From the IMG/VR virus record IMGVR_UViG_3300012952_000120, positions 1-25,681 of that record: a stretch of 25,681 nucleotides of DNA, one strand, 5' to 3'. The stretch comes from a virus. Taxonomy: Duplodnaviria; Caudoviricetes. This document shows, piece after piece, positions 8,493-19,145 of the stretch. Below the pieces are notes generated by a model. The model made no database searches and was not told the origin of the DNA. It saw only the letters and a list, made by a program, of their open reading frames with translations. Each line of letters opens with the position of its first letter. Position 1 is the first letter of the stretch. Both the position numbers and the translations under genes were made by a program.

Positions 8493-9800
8493 ATGTCATT
8501 AAATAAATCAATATACGAAGAAATACTAATAGAGTCTAGAGATGGTAAGAGGACTGTTGACATAGCACCAGGTGTTGTTTTGTTAGAATATTTTGAGGAT
8601 ATATTTTCACCAACTATTACTGCTAGATTGGTTGTTGTCAATACTGGAAATACTATAGAAGGACCTGAAGGTGATTTACAATCCATATATCATGGATTAC
8701 CCTTAAGAGGTGGTGAAAGAGTTAGTATAAAAATTGCTGGTAATAGTGAAGAGAATCCAGGTTTAGATTTTGCTAGTGATAAAGAAAGATATTTTTATGT
8801 TTCTAGTGTTACTAATATTGATCAAACCACAGAACAGGAATCTTTTATTCTAAATTTATTTTCTCGTGAAGCAATAACAAATGAAACTGTGAGAGTTGGT
8901 AGAAGATATAATACTTCATTTAAGATATCTGATTCTGTTAAGGATATTATTAAAAATTATTTGAAGAGTTCTAAACAGATATTTGCTGATGAGACTCAAA
9001 ATAAGTATGGTTTTATAGGTAATATGAGAAAACCATTTACTTTGCTGACATGGTTGGCCTCTAAATCAGTTCCAGCACAGGTAAGTGGTAAAGATGCTAC
9101 TGCTGGATATGTTTTTTATGAGACTAAAAGTGGATATCATTTTAGATCTATAGATGCTCTTGTAACATCAGAACCTTTTGAACATGAGTATTTTTACACT
9201 CAACTTAAAAAAATGACTGCTGATGCTGATTATAAGATATTAGATTATAAAACAAATAAAAATGAAGATGTTCTTCGTAAACTACAGAGAGGTGGATATG
9301 CTAGTAATAGAGTATTTTTTAATCCTTTAACCTTTAGTTATACAAAGCCATCTGATGGGTTATTTAAACTAAGTGATTATCAGAGAAAAACTGAAAACCT
9401 TGGAAAAGATATAACTTTACCTAGTATTGATGATACTAGTGATAAGAATTTAGGTGACGTTCCAAGTAGAAATGTAACTGCTATTTTAGATATTGGTACA
9501 ATGGAACCAGGAGTTTCAACAGATGAAAATGCAGATCCATCTAAAACTCAATCACAGGCAATGATGAGATACAATACAATTTTTACACAGTCTGTAAAAA
9601 TGACAGTATCATCTAATACTAACCTAGAAGCAGGTGATGTTATTAAATGTAAATTCCCAAAAGTTACCCGTGAGGGTGGTAAAAGTGAAGATTCTGAGCA
9701 AAGTGGACTATATATGATTAAGGAGTTATGTCATCATTTTGATTCTGCTGCTTCATATACATCTATGACGTTAATAAAAGATACTTACGGGGAACGATGA
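8493..9800 (+). CDS. Baseplate hub protein, gp27-like
   Basis: YFEDIFSPTITA, GYVFYETKSGYHFRSID.L, LEAGDVI, SGLYMIKELCHHF...TSMTLIKD; immediately precedes gp5. Confidence 0.65.
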   Translation: MSLNKSIYEEILIESRDGKRTVDIAPGVVLLEYFEDIFSPTITARLVVVNTGNTIEGPEGDLQSIYHGLPLRGGERVSIKIAGNSEENPGLDFASDKERYFYVSSVTNIDQTTEQESFILNLFSREAITNETVRVGRRYNTSFKISDSVKDIIKNYLKSSKQIFADETQNKYGFIGNMRKPFTLLTWLASKSVPAQVSGKDATAGYVFYETKSGYHFRSIDALVTSEPFEHEYFYTQLKKMTADADYKILDYKTNKNEDVLRKLQRGGYASNRVFFNPLTFSYTKPSDGLFKLSDYQRKTENLGKDITLPSIDDTSDKNLGDVPSRNVTAILDIGTMEPGVSTDENADPSKTQSQAMMRYNTIFTQSVKMTVSSNTNLEAGDVIKCKFPKVTREGGKSEDSEQSGLYMIKELCHHFDSAASYTSMTLIKDTYGER

Positions 9801-11881
9801 TAGAAGAAAGTCTATTAAAAAGTAATTTTGTAGGAAGAGATGGTTTTAACTGGTGGATAGGACAGATAGCACCAGAGAAAGCTCAAGGTAAGCAAATAAA
9901 TGGTGCTGGTTGGGGAAATAGACGTAAAGTTCGTATTATGGGGTATCATCCTCCTAGTACACTTGAACTAAAAGATGATGATCTTCCTTGGGCACAAGTA
10001 TTATTACCACCAACTGCTGGATCAGGTAAAGGTAATAAAGCAACTACTGTATCATTATCACCTGGTGATAATGTATTTGGATTTTTCTTAGATGGTGATG
10101 ATGCACAACTACCAGTAATTACAGGTGTTTTTGGTAATACAATGTATGGTGGTACTGATGAATATGCGAATCCATTTGTACCATTTACTGGATATACTAC
10201 TAAGGTTAAAAATGATGGTGGTTACTTTGTTAAAAATGAAACTAATGAAGAGAATAGTCAATCTCAAAAATCTCCTAGACACGTTTCTCCTAAACTAGCT
10301 AAAGAAATTGGTGAGGATGAAAGAGCTACTTCTAGAGCTAATGGAGCAACTGTTGTTTTTGGTAGTGCTGAAACTACTGCGGCTGTTAGTAAAATAAACA
10401 GTGAAGTTGAAAGTATGGTTACTACCATTCAAGATTTAAAAGGAAAGATGGGTAATGTATCCGATGCTGTTGGATCAGTTAAGGATAAAATGAATAAATT
10501 GATCAGTGAGAAAACTGCGAAAATACAAGGATTGTCTATGGGGATTGTTGGTGGTATGACTAACACTCTTTATAAAGGTATGGCTCCCTCACTGAATGGT
10601 GGGTTACATGCTTTATATGATAAGGTATTTGCTACAACATTTGCTGCTACTAAGAAACGTTCTATTGCAAAAAAAGCTGGTGCAGCAGCACAAGCAGCGA
10701 TGATGTTACCTGTTCAAGCAATTCAGAACTTTTTACCTTGTGCTGTAGGTAATATTGTTGGGTCGATTGGTGATGCAATCAAAGGGTTGCTTAGTGGAAT
10801 AATGGATAATGTTCAGAATTTTGTGTCTTGTATTGGTGAACAATTTATGGGTGGTTTGATGAATCAAATTATTGGAGGATTGACTAAGTTATTAGGTCCA
10901 CTTATGGGAGGAGTTTCTAAAATATTAGGTGGATTTAGTATAGGTGATTTCTTAAGAGGTAAGGCAGAAGGTTTATTGGGTCTTGCTAATGCACTTGCTT
11001 GTCCTAGTCCAGCACCTGATACTGGTTTTTCAACAGATGAATGGGTTATTGGTAAAGGACCTAAGAGTGCAGTTGGTGTTGCTATTGATAGTATTTTAGC
11101 TGCTGCTAATGCAGCAGATAGTCTTACTTCAAACTTAGTAGGTGGTATTCAAGATCTTAGTATTGCTTCTGGATCACTAGGATTATTTGATTTCTTAAAT
11201 CCAAGTGTATCTGTACCTAGTATGGGTAGTAGTCTTGGAAAATGTTATGCAGGTCCACCATTAAAATGTGCTGGATTGAAAGTTAATATCTTTGGTAGTA
11301 GAGGTAAAGGTGCTATTGGTAAAGCAATTGTTGGTGCTATTGTAGGTGAAGGTAATACTGCAGTGGGAAGTATAATTGGTGTTGATTTAGTTAGTGGTGG
11401 ATCTGGATATAATAGTCCACCATTTATTGAGATAACTGATGAATGTAATAAAGGATATGGTGCAGTTGCTAGAGCAGTGATTGATTATGATGAAGATTCA
11501 CCTACTTATCAGCAGGTAACTGATATCTACATTGTATCTGAAGGTGAAAATTATCCAGTTCCTGAAGAACAAGATGAGATAGATACTATTCCTGATCATG
11601 TTGTTGTTATTGATCCTGGTGAAAATTATGATGATGATGACACTGTAGTTGAAGATCAATGGGGTAATGTTTATAGACCTTTAATTGATGTTAATGGTAG
11701 AATTGTTAGAGTAGATGTTCCTGATGGCACTGTTGCTAGTGTTAAAAATATGTCTATAGATGATCTACCAGAACTTATTATTAAGAGTAGAACTGGGTAT
11801 GGTGCAATATTGAAATTATCAGGAAAACCAAGACGACCTTATCAAGGTGAGATCAAACAGGTTGTTGATTGCGTGAGCTAA
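9797..11881 (+). CDS. gp5: Baseplate hub/spike gp5, N-terminal OB-fold part (no recognisable lysozyme domain)
   Basis: GRDGFNWWIGQI, RRKVRIMGYHP, LPWAQV, VFGFFLDGDDAQLPVITG OB-fold motifs; ATGA overlap with the upstream gene. Confidence 0.85.
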   Translation: MIEESLLKSNFVGRDGFNWWIGQIAPEKAQGKQINGAGWGNRRKVRIMGYHPPSTLELKDDDLPWAQVLLPPTAGSGKGNKATTVSLSPGDNVFGFFLDGDDAQLPVITGVFGNTMYGGTDEYANPFVPFTGYTTKVKNDGGYFVKNETNEENSQSQKSPRHVSPKLAKEIGEDERATSRANGATVVFGSAETTAAVSKINSEVESMVTTIQDLKGKMGNVSDAVGSVKDKMNKLISEKTAKIQGLSMGIVGGMTNTLYKGMAPSLNGGLHALYDKVFATTFAATKKRSIAKKAGAAAQAAMMLPVQAIQNFLPCAVGNIVGSIGDAIKGLLSGIMDNVQNFVSCIGEQFMGGLMNQIIGGLTKLLGPLMGGVSKILGGFSIGDFLRGKAEGLLGLANALACPSPAPDTGFSTDEWVIGKGPKSAVGVAIDSILAAANAADSLTSNLVGGIQDLSIASGSLGLFDFLNPSVSVPSMGSSLGKCYAGPPLKCAGLKVNIFGSRGKGAIGKAIVGAIVGEGNTAVGSIIGVDLVSGGSGYNSPPFIEITDECNKGYGAVARAVIDYDEDSPTYQQVTDIYIVSEGENYPVPEEQDEIDTIPDHVVVIDPGENYDDDDTVVEDQWGNVYRPLIDVNGRIVRVDVPDGTVASVKNMSIDDLPELIIKSRTGYGAILKLSGKPRRPYQGEIKQVVDCVS

Positions 11882-11889
11882 GATAAATA
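11882..11889 (+). promoter_or_regulatory. Late promoter variant GATAAATA
   Basis: ATAAATA core in the 28-bp gap before 11910. Confidence 0.55.
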
Positions 11890-11909
11890 CTTAACACTAG
11901 GCATTAACT

Positions 11910-12455
11910 ATGGCAGAAAGACCAGCTGATAAACAAAATTGGCAACAAAGGGAATATATCAATTTCGGACCTGGATGTAGGCTTGATATTGATAACCCAC
12001 AAATGGGTTTGAACGGAACTACTGTTTATGATTTGCTTGCTAAAGGTGATGATGGTAATACTAGTTCACTAGGAATGACTTCTGGTGGATTATTTCATCT
12101 TACTAATGACCAATGTATTGATATTATTGGTGGCGAAAAAGCAGGTGCTGGATGCTGTGTTAATATAATAGGACGAAATGGTGATGTTACAATCACTGCA
12201 CAGTCAAATGGTATCGTGAAAATAACTGGTAAGAATATAACTATTGATGCTGATGAAAATATAACACTGGATGCTGGAAATGATATTATATTAAAGTCTG
12301 GAAATAGAATTGATCTTAATACTAATACTGCAAATTGTGATGCACTGTATGGTAATCTTGCTCCTAGAGATGTAACTTTTGCTGGACAGGTTTTTAAAGG
12401 TACTAAGATTGGTATTGAGAGTATTGAGTCATTAAGATCTAAGAGTGTAGTATAA
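11910..12455 (+). CDS. gp5 C-terminal-like beta-helix spike protein
   Basis: Repeating short beta strands (GDVTITAQSNGIVKITGKNITIDADENITLDAGNDIILKSGNRIDL) directly after the gp5 OB gene. Confidence 0.6.
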   Translation: MAERPADKQNWQQREYINFGPGCRLDIDNPQMGLNGTTVYDLLAKGDDGNTSSLGMTSGGLFHLTNDQCIDIIGGEKAGAGCCVNIIGRNGDVTITAQSNGIVKITGKNITIDADENITLDAGNDIILKSGNRIDLNTNTANCDALYGNLAPRDVTFAGQVFKGTKIGIESIESLRSKSVV

Positions 12456-15400
12456 TGGCAGAATCAGACAATTATATCAATTTAGATAATAATACAATAG
12501 GTAATGTAACAGAGTTTAACAACGATGTTTACGTTTATGGAACTCTTTATGCTGATTTGTTTGGTAATACTTCAATTGAGGGTGGATTAAATTTAGATGT
12601 TAATAATTTATTTGTTACTGGTATTGCTACCTTTATGGATGATGTATTCATCACAAATGGTGCAGAAGCATATGCTGATTACTTAACAGTAAAGCATAGA
12701 TTTAACGTTGGTTCAGCAGGAACCGTTTTTGTTGCTATATCTTCACAAAAAGGTATTGATGATGGTCAAACTATTGGCCGTGTGGGAATTGGAACTACAC
12801 AACCTGATGCAAGGTTCCAGGTAGGTGAAATAGGAGAAAATACTAACACTTCCTTTGTAGTTACTGAAGAAGGTTTGGTTGGTATAGGAACTACACAACC
12901 AACTGAGAAGTTCCAAGTTGGAAGTAAATGTTTAACTGTTAGTGTAGATCCCTGTAGGGTTGGTATTGGAACAACCATGCCTGAAGGTAAGTTGCAGGTA
13001 GGTGTAAGAGAAAACTCGGTAATTTTTACAGATCCTGCTTCAGGAATAACTTCAGTTGGTATTGGAAGTACAAACCCGTGGCATAGATTCCAAGTTAATG
13101 CTGACGATGATATATTTGTAATTGATCAATTTGGTCGTGTAGGAATTGGAAGTACATTTCCTGATCAGATACCTGGATATGCAGCTAATGTTGAAGGTGA
13201 TATAAAATTAAATGTAGAGGGAACGGTCAAGATTGATCGAAATATTATTGACTCTGCTGATTCTCCAGGATTAAATGGATATTATTTAAATCGAGATGGT
13301 AATGGAATCAGGTGGGTTCAAGCATCACCTGTATCATTAGATGGAATGTATGTGCAGGATGAGCACGTAGATTTACCTTTAGGAGGTACAGCACAGTTAT
13401 TCCAATGGTTGAATTTTACACAACAGAATAGTTTAGGTCTTGGTACAGATACTGTAATACCAATACCAGATCCTAATAATCCTACTGCTATTGCAAGAAT
13501 ACAAACAAGAGATTTGTGGGGTCACGTTGACGTTACAAATACTTCTCCCATCTATAGGATGACTAAAGTTGGTATTTTTAATAATAATCCAACTGCAGAT
13601 CTTGATATTTCAGGTACAGTTCATGCAACAAATAATGTTGATTTTGATTCTGAATTAAATGTTGACGGGGATACTTATTTAAACTCAAAATTAGATGTAG
13701 ATGGTGCTACAACCCTTAATTTAACATTAGATGTAGATGGTAATACAGATCTTCATTCTAATTTGGTAGTAGATCTTACTGGTCTAGTTAAAGGAAACTT
13801 TACTGTTAATAGTGATACTTTCTTAGATGGTAAGTTAGATGTTGATGGACAAGCTACATTTAATGATACTACTGAGGCAACTAGCACTACAAATGCATCT
13901 GTTCAGATAGATGGTGGACTTGGTGTTGTAAAGAAAGTTTTTATTGGTGATGATACTAAGGTTGAATCAACAACTCAATCCACTAACCAGAATACTGGAT
14001 CTTTTGTTACTCTAGGTGGTGCTGGAATTGCAAAGAATTTAAATGTTGGGGAAAATACAAAACTCATTGGTACATTAGAGTTAGAGAATCAAATAATTGA
14101 TAAATTAAATGTAACTGGGTTTAGTGGTTCTCGTACTAAAAATGATTATAGATTAGCTTCTGTTGTTGATGGTGTGAAATGGAGACCATCAGGTGTAGAA
14201 ACTACAAATATCATTTATGTCACTAGAGATGGTGATGATAATAATACTGGATTATTAGAAGGTGATGCTAAAGCAACTATAGGTGCTGCAGCTGCAGTAG
14301 CACAGGAGGGTGATACTATTAAAGTTCGTTCTGGTGTTTATACTGAGAATAATCCTATTGGATTAAGAAGAGATGTTACTGTTTCTGGAGAAGATATTAG
14401 ACTGGTTAGTATTATCCCTCAAAATGTTAATGATGATATTTTCTATGTTAGAAATGGTTGTTTAATACAGAATCTAAGTTTTCATGGTACAAACGGTGTA
14501 GCAACAGAATGTATTGATTGTGCTGCAGTTGCTTTCCCACCAACACAACCATATATTGATGCTGGAGTTTCTGCTGCTCCTGCAACTGGGTTTATGGATG
14601 CTGGACCTGCAGATGAAGGACCTAAAGGTAGATGGAAGTCTCCATATATTAGAAACTGTACTAACTTTATGACTAAGAGTATTGGAATGAGGATCAATGG
14701 TCATCATGCTGATGCTTCGTTTACTGGAACTAATAATCTAGGTCAAGATCTAAAGAGTATGGTATGTGATGCATTTACGCAATATAATGAAGCAGGTATC
14801 GGTGTTTCTATTCATAATAATGCTTATGCTCAGTTAGTTTCTATCTTTACTATTGGATGTGATATTGGTATTGGATGTACACACGGTGGTCAATGTGATT
14901 TAACAAACTCTAACTCCTCATTTGGTAATTTTGGATTGGTTGCTAATGGTACAGGTGTTGTTGAGTTTGATGCTACTACTGAAGATGCAATTGGTGGTGA
15001 ATCTGATAAGGTTAAATTGATTGATTGTCAGGACACTTTAAATAGATATAGAACTCCATTTGATGGTCAAGCAGCATATTTCCATTTAGATATGAATGAC
15101 TATCCAGATACTATTTCTACAGATACCATAACTGAACCTATGCAATTAATACGTGGAGTTACTGTTGTTAATGGTGGTAATGCTGGTGATTATAGTTCCT
15201 CTGCACCTCCAATTATTACTGCTACTTTACCTTTAGGACCAGAAGCAATTTTTGCTGAGTTCTCTCCTAATATAAGTGAAGATGGAAAAATTATATCAGT
15301 TGATGTTATTGCTAGTGGTAGAAATTTCTTACCAACACAGACTATATCTCTTACTGTTTCTGGTGGTGGTTCTGCACAATTAACTGCAGATATGGACCCA

Positions 15401-15814
15401 ATTTTATATACTGTTGATGAGGCAACTGAAACACCTACAGATCTAACAGATCCAAATGTAGGAAAAACCACAGTAACATTTGATCAATTTATTCCATATG
15501 CTGTTAAAGCAGGTGTGAAGATAGAAATGGTTAGATTAAGTAGGATTATTACCAGTTCACATTCATTTGAATACATAGGTGCAGGTACAGACATAAATAC
15601 AGCTAACCCATTCCAGGCTGGAGATCCAATACCAGAAAATGAAGTTGTTGCCATTAATGGTGGTCAAGTTCCTTTCACAAGTACGGATCAGAAAGGTAAC
15701 TTTAGAATTGGTGACGGTTTGACAATAGATCAAACAACGTCTACAATAAGAGGAAGGGACTTTAATAGAGCAATACAAGCACAATTAACACCATTAATAT
15801 TAGCATTGAAATAA
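12455..15814 (+). CDS. Large virion structural / fibre protein with VGIGTTxP repeats and a parallel beta-helix (pectin-lyase-like) region
   Basis: Five GIG[TS]TxP repeats; LDVDG beta-strand repeats; IYVTRDGDDNNTG...ATIGAAAAVA..GDTIKVRSGVYTE..P helix-cap motif; SPYIRNCT; YAQLVSIFT. Confidence 0.65.
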   Translation: MAESDNYINLDNNTIGNVTEFNNDVYVYGTLYADLFGNTSIEGGLNLDVNNLFVTGIATFMDDVFITNGAEAYADYLTVKHRFNVGSAGTVFVAISSQKGIDDGQTIGRVGIGTTQPDARFQVGEIGENTNTSFVVTEEGLVGIGTTQPTEKFQVGSKCLTVSVDPCRVGIGTTMPEGKLQVGVRENSVIFTDPASGITSVGIGSTNPWHRFQVNADDDIFVIDQFGRVGIGSTFPDQIPGYAANVEGDIKLNVEGTVKIDRNIIDSADSPGLNGYYLNRDGNGIRWVQASPVSLDGMYVQDEHVDLPLGGTAQLFQWLNFTQQNSLGLGTDTVIPIPDPNNPTAIARIQTRDLWGHVDVTNTSPIYRMTKVGIFNNNPTADLDISGTVHATNNVDFDSELNVDGDTYLNSKLDVDGATTLNLTLDVDGNTDLHSNLVVDLTGLVKGNFTVNSDTFLDGKLDVDGQATFNDTTEATSTTNASVQIDGGLGVVKKVFIGDDTKVESTTQSTNQNTGSFVTLGGAGIAKNLNVGENTKLIGTLELENQIIDKLNVTGFSGSRTKNDYRLASVVDGVKWRPSGVETTNIIYVTRDGDDNNTGLLEGDAKATIGAAAAVAQEGDTIKVRSGVYTENNPIGLRRDVTVSGEDIRLVSIIPQNVNDDIFYVRNGCLIQNLSFHGTNGVATECIDCAAVAFPPTQPYIDAGVSAAPATGFMDAGPADEGPKGRWKSPYIRNCTNFMTKSIGMRINGHHADASFTGTNNLGQDLKSMVCDAFTQYNEAGIGVSIHNNAYAQLVSIFTIGCDIGIGCTHGGQCDLTNSNSSFGNFGLVANGTGVVEFDATTEDAIGGESDKVKLIDCQDTLNRYRTPFDGQAAYFHLDMNDYPDTISTDTITEPMQLIRGVTVVNGGNAGDYSSSAPPIITATLPLGPEAIFAEFSPNISEDGKIISVDVIASGRNFLPTQTISLTVSGGGSAQLTADMDPILYTVDEATETPTDLTDPNVGKTTVTFDQFIPYAVKAGVKIEMVRLSRIITSSHSFEYIGAGTDINTANPFQAGDPIPENEVVAINGGQVPFTSTDQKGNFRIGDGLTIDQTTSTIRGRDFNRAIQAQLTPLILALK

Positions 15815-16801
15815 ATGGCAATAGCACCAGTCAATAAGTTTATAAATGTTGCCGTTCCTGTTGCACCAGGATTGCAAAAGATTTATGAGGTTCCTACGGG
15901 AACTTCTTCACTATTATTATATGCTCAAGTATCTAATGTTTCAATAGGAACTACTTATCCAACAGTTACATTTTTTCAGAGAAGAGAATCTAGAAGTACT
16001 GGAAATCAAAGAGATGTAAGAATTATAAAAGAGGCAGAGATACCACCAAATGATGCTTTAATAATGGTGGATGGTAGAATAGTATTAGAAAAAACTCCTT
16101 TAGTTGTTGATAGAGTATTTCTTGAAGGTATACAAAGTGGTGTTGGTACTATTACAAATGTTGCTTATGACGAACCTACAGGAATAGCAACTGTTACTAC
16201 AATGGAACCTCACGGATTTTCTAAATCCGATCCGATTACAATGGGTGGTATATATTTTGATTGTGCAACATATTCTGGTATTACTACTAATATATTCCCC
16301 GATCCACAACAATCATATATTGTAGATAGTGTTCCTAGTACAACTATATTTTCTGCAGATATTGGAAGTGCTAGTGGAAATGTTCATACATATAAACCAT
16401 CTGTTCATACATTTGTTCGTGCTACTGCAGAATGTGTTGAAGTAGTTGATGGAAGTGGAAGTGGTCACGTTGCTGGTACAAAATTTAGTGTATGGTATTC
16501 AGAATATAATCCAACAACTGGTGAAATTATACTTAAAATAGGACCTAATTCATTAGTAAGTGGTAATACTGTTAAGATAGCAACTAATTCTTTAGTATTT
16601 ACTTGCTCTATGGATAATAACTATACAGAGCATTCTTATCCCAGAGATACAGATCCAATATATGATACAGCAACACAAATTGCTGTTGCTACTGCAAATG
16701 AATCAATTAGACTTCAAGTTGGATCAACAAATGCAGGTGGTATGGTCGCTCCACTTCAAATGGAATTTATTGCGAGTATCTTAGAAAATAGTAATGTCTA
16801 A
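15815..16801 (+). CDS. Virion structural protein (fibre-associated)
   Basis: N-terminal IYEVPTG.SSLLLYAQVSN and C-terminal FIASILE frame two YxxxTG...F.C modules. Confidence 0.55.
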   Translation: MAIAPVNKFINVAVPVAPGLQKIYEVPTGTSSLLLYAQVSNVSIGTTYPTVTFFQRRESRSTGNQRDVRIIKEAEIPPNDALIMVDGRIVLEKTPLVVDRVFLEGIQSGVGTITNVAYDEPTGIATVTTMEPHGFSKSDPITMGGIYFDCATYSGITTNIFPDPQQSYIVDSVPSTTIFSADIGSASGNVHTYKPSVHTFVRATAECVEVVDGSGSGHVAGTKFSVWYSEYNPTTGEIILKIGPNSLVSGNTVKIATNSLVFTCSMDNNYTEHSYPRDTDPIYDTATQIAVATANESIRLQVGSTNAGGMVAPLQMEFIASILENSNV

Positions 16802-19145
16802 GAAATATATAAGTGGTAGAGTTCAAAGAACTCCTCAAGATCAATTAAGAGATGATAGATATAAGTATCTTAATGTAGAACAGTCAGAACCTAATTTAGG
16901 TGATCCTGTTGAAAATACCTATCATGATGTTAGTGATGCGTCATACAATCCAACATCTGGTGATTTAACATTAACAATTGGTACACATACATTAGAAGTA
17001 CACGAATCTATTGGAATTGTAGGTGCTGCACTTACATTTAAGTGTAATTATAATGGAGATAATTTTACAACAGAGAAAGCATATCCTAGAGAGATAGGTG
17101 CTAATACGGCTGATAGTGCTGATTATGCATATAATAAACAACTTCCAATTACTGGTATAACAGGAACTACTATTACAGTAAATGTTAATGGTGGACAAGG
17201 TGCTATAAGTGATCTTTCAACTCATCAATGGTTTGGACAGACTGCATATAATGCAATATATTCAGGAAAATATAATACACCACCACCAGTTGGTGATCAA
17301 TATCAAGTAATATCAATACCTGGACATCCTGGAGAAAGATTTTGGGTTCCTATTGGTGGAGGTAAAGTTCCTGGTGCATTAAGCATTTATGATGAAGGTG
17401 TTCTTGTAGGAACTGCTAATAATATTACTCAATTAGATTTTGTTGGTGCTCCATTAACTGCAACTGCACTTCCAAATAATGATAAAGCAACTATTAGAGT
17501 TGTTCCTACAACAATTGCAACTACTCCACCTTCAAATCCATATCATGGTGAATTGTGGTGGGAGGATGATACTGGAGATTTGATGATCTGGTATCAGGAT
17601 GGTAGTAGTGGACAATGGGTTATTGCAAACTCTGGTGGTGGTAATACTAATCCAGGTGCTAAAGGAGAAAAGGGTGAAGTAGGTGCTAAAGGTACTCAAG
17701 GATTAACTGGACCTGATGGTAAAGAAGGTCCAAAAGGTGAACCTTCTACTGAGAAAGGACCTAAAGGCGAACAAGGAAAGGATGGTATTTTAGGTAAAGA
17801 TGGTGCTAAAGGTGAAGTTGGTGATAAGGGAGAGCCTGGTGCTAAAGGTGATGAGGGTGATAAAGGTCAGAAAGGAGAAAATAAAGGTGAACCAGGAAAT
17901 AAAGGTGAGGCAGGTGATAAAGGAGATAAGGGTGAACAAGGAGTAGGACAAAAAGGTGAACCATCTACAGAGAAAGGTGAAAAGGGTGAAGTCGGTGATA
18001 AAGGTGAGGTAGGTGTAGGTACTAAAGGTGATCCAGGAACAGCTGCAAATAAAGGAGATAAGGGTGATAAAGGTGATGAAGGTGCTAAAGGAGAAGGTGG
18101 TAAAGGTGAACCAGGAGTAGGGCAAAAAGGTGAACCAGGAACTGCTGCTAACAAAGGGGATAAAGGTGAGGCAGGTGATAAAGGTAGTGATGGTGATGGT
18201 GGAACTAAAGGTGAACCAGGAGCTGGACAAAAAGGTGAACCAGGAACTGCTGCTAATAAAGGTGATAAAGGTGATGATGGGCAAAAAGGTCAAAAGGGTG
18301 AAGGTGATAAGGGTGATCAAGGAGTAGGGCAAAAAGGTGAACCAGGAACTGCTGCTAACAAGGGTGAAAAGGGTGAACCAGGACAAGAAGGTGATAAAGG
18401 TGAGGTAGGTGTAGGTACTAAAGGTGAACCAGGCTCTAATGCAAATCAAAAGGGTGAGCCAGGAGATAAAGGTGCAGCAGGTGATTCTACAAAAGGTGAA
18501 CCAGGAACTGGTCAAAAAGGTGAACCAGGATCAGGTCAGAAAGGACAAAAAGGTGAAGAAGGTGAAGACGGTACTGGTATAAAAGGTGAGCCAGGTGCTG
18601 CTCAAAAGGGACAAAAAGGTGATGGTGATAAAGGTCAGAAAGGTGAGTTAGGAAATACTAGTAAGGGTCAAAAAGGTGAAGAAGGAGATGGTCAGAAAGG
18701 ACAAAAGGGTGCTGCTGGTGAAGATGCTACTGGTGGTGCTGGAACATTAACTTGTTTTGGATATTTCACAGGTGGTAGTGGTGGTAGTGTTGGAACTCTT
18801 CAAAGATCTTATAATATAAGTAGTATTAGTGGACAAATGAATAGTAATGATGGATATAATGATCATTACGATGGTGGTTTGACTGTCCAACTAAGTAGTA
18901 GTGCTGGTGCATCTAATTGGCCTGTTGTTGCTTCTGGATTTATGAATGCCAATGTTGATACTACAGGTAGTGATGATGGTGATGTTTATCCTCAAGTAGG
19001 TGAATTATGGACATTACACGCTTATAGTATAAGTGCTACTAGTTTTAAATTTAAAGCTAGAATGCAAACAAAGTGGGGTGATGATGGTGGTGGATATCAT
19101 AATGATTTCCCAACTCTTGTAAGTTTTATAGGGTATGATAGCTAA
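16794..19145 (+). CDS. Collagen-like tail fibre protein 1 (783 aa)
   Basis: N-terminal YNPTSG module, PPSNP..GELWWEDDTG motif, interrupted Gly-X-Y run (~17655-18726) and a non-repetitive C-terminal tip domain. Confidence 0.8.
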   Translation: MSKKYISGRVQRTPQDQLRDDRYKYLNVEQSEPNLGDPVENTYHDVSDASYNPTSGDLTLTIGTHTLEVHESIGIVGAALTFKCNYNGDNFTTEKAYPREIGANTADSADYAYNKQLPITGITGTTITVNVNGGQGAISDLSTHQWFGQTAYNAIYSGKYNTPPPVGDQYQVISIPGHPGERFWVPIGGGKVPGALSIYDEGVLVGTANNITQLDFVGAPLTATALPNNDKATIRVVPTTIATTPPSNPYHGELWWEDDTGDLMIWYQDGSSGQWVIANSGGGNTNPGAKGEKGEVGAKGTQGLTGPDGKEGPKGEPSTEKGPKGEQGKDGILGKDGAKGEVGDKGEPGAKGDEGDKGQKGENKGEPGNKGEAGDKGDKGEQGVGQKGEPSTEKGEKGEVGDKGEVGVGTKGDPGTAANKGDKGDKGDEGAKGEGGKGEPGVGQKGEPGTAANKGDKGEAGDKGSDGDGGTKGEPGAGQKGEPGTAANKGDKGDDGQKGQKGEGDKGDQGVGQKGEPGTAANKGEKGEPGQEGDKGEVGVGTKGEPGSNANQKGEPGDKGAAGDSTKGEPGTGQKGEPGSGQKGQKGEEGEDGTGIKGEPGAAQKGQKGDGDKGQKGELGNTSKGQKGEEGDGQKGQKGAAGEDATGGAGTLTCFGYFTGGSGGSVGTLQRSYNISSISGQMNSNDGYNDHYDGGLTVQLSSSAGASNWPVVASGFMNANVDTTGSDDGDVYPQVGELWTLHAYSISATSFKFKARMQTKWGDDGGGYHNDFPTLVSFIGYDS
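17655..18726 (+). repeat. Gly-X-Y coding repeat region, including a 42-bp exact direct repeat (18113-18154 / 18320-18361)
   Basis: Recurrent AAAGGTGAACCAGG / GGTGATAAA units; repeated peptide GQKGEPGTAANKG. Confidence 0.9.

Noticed and set aside
5457-17198. Short antisense or alternative-frame ORFs (5457, 6889, 7471, 8474, 12766, 14474, 14482, 15190, 15563, 16100, 16992)
   Set aside because: Overlap well-supported genes on the other strand or frame, with no motifs or expression signals.
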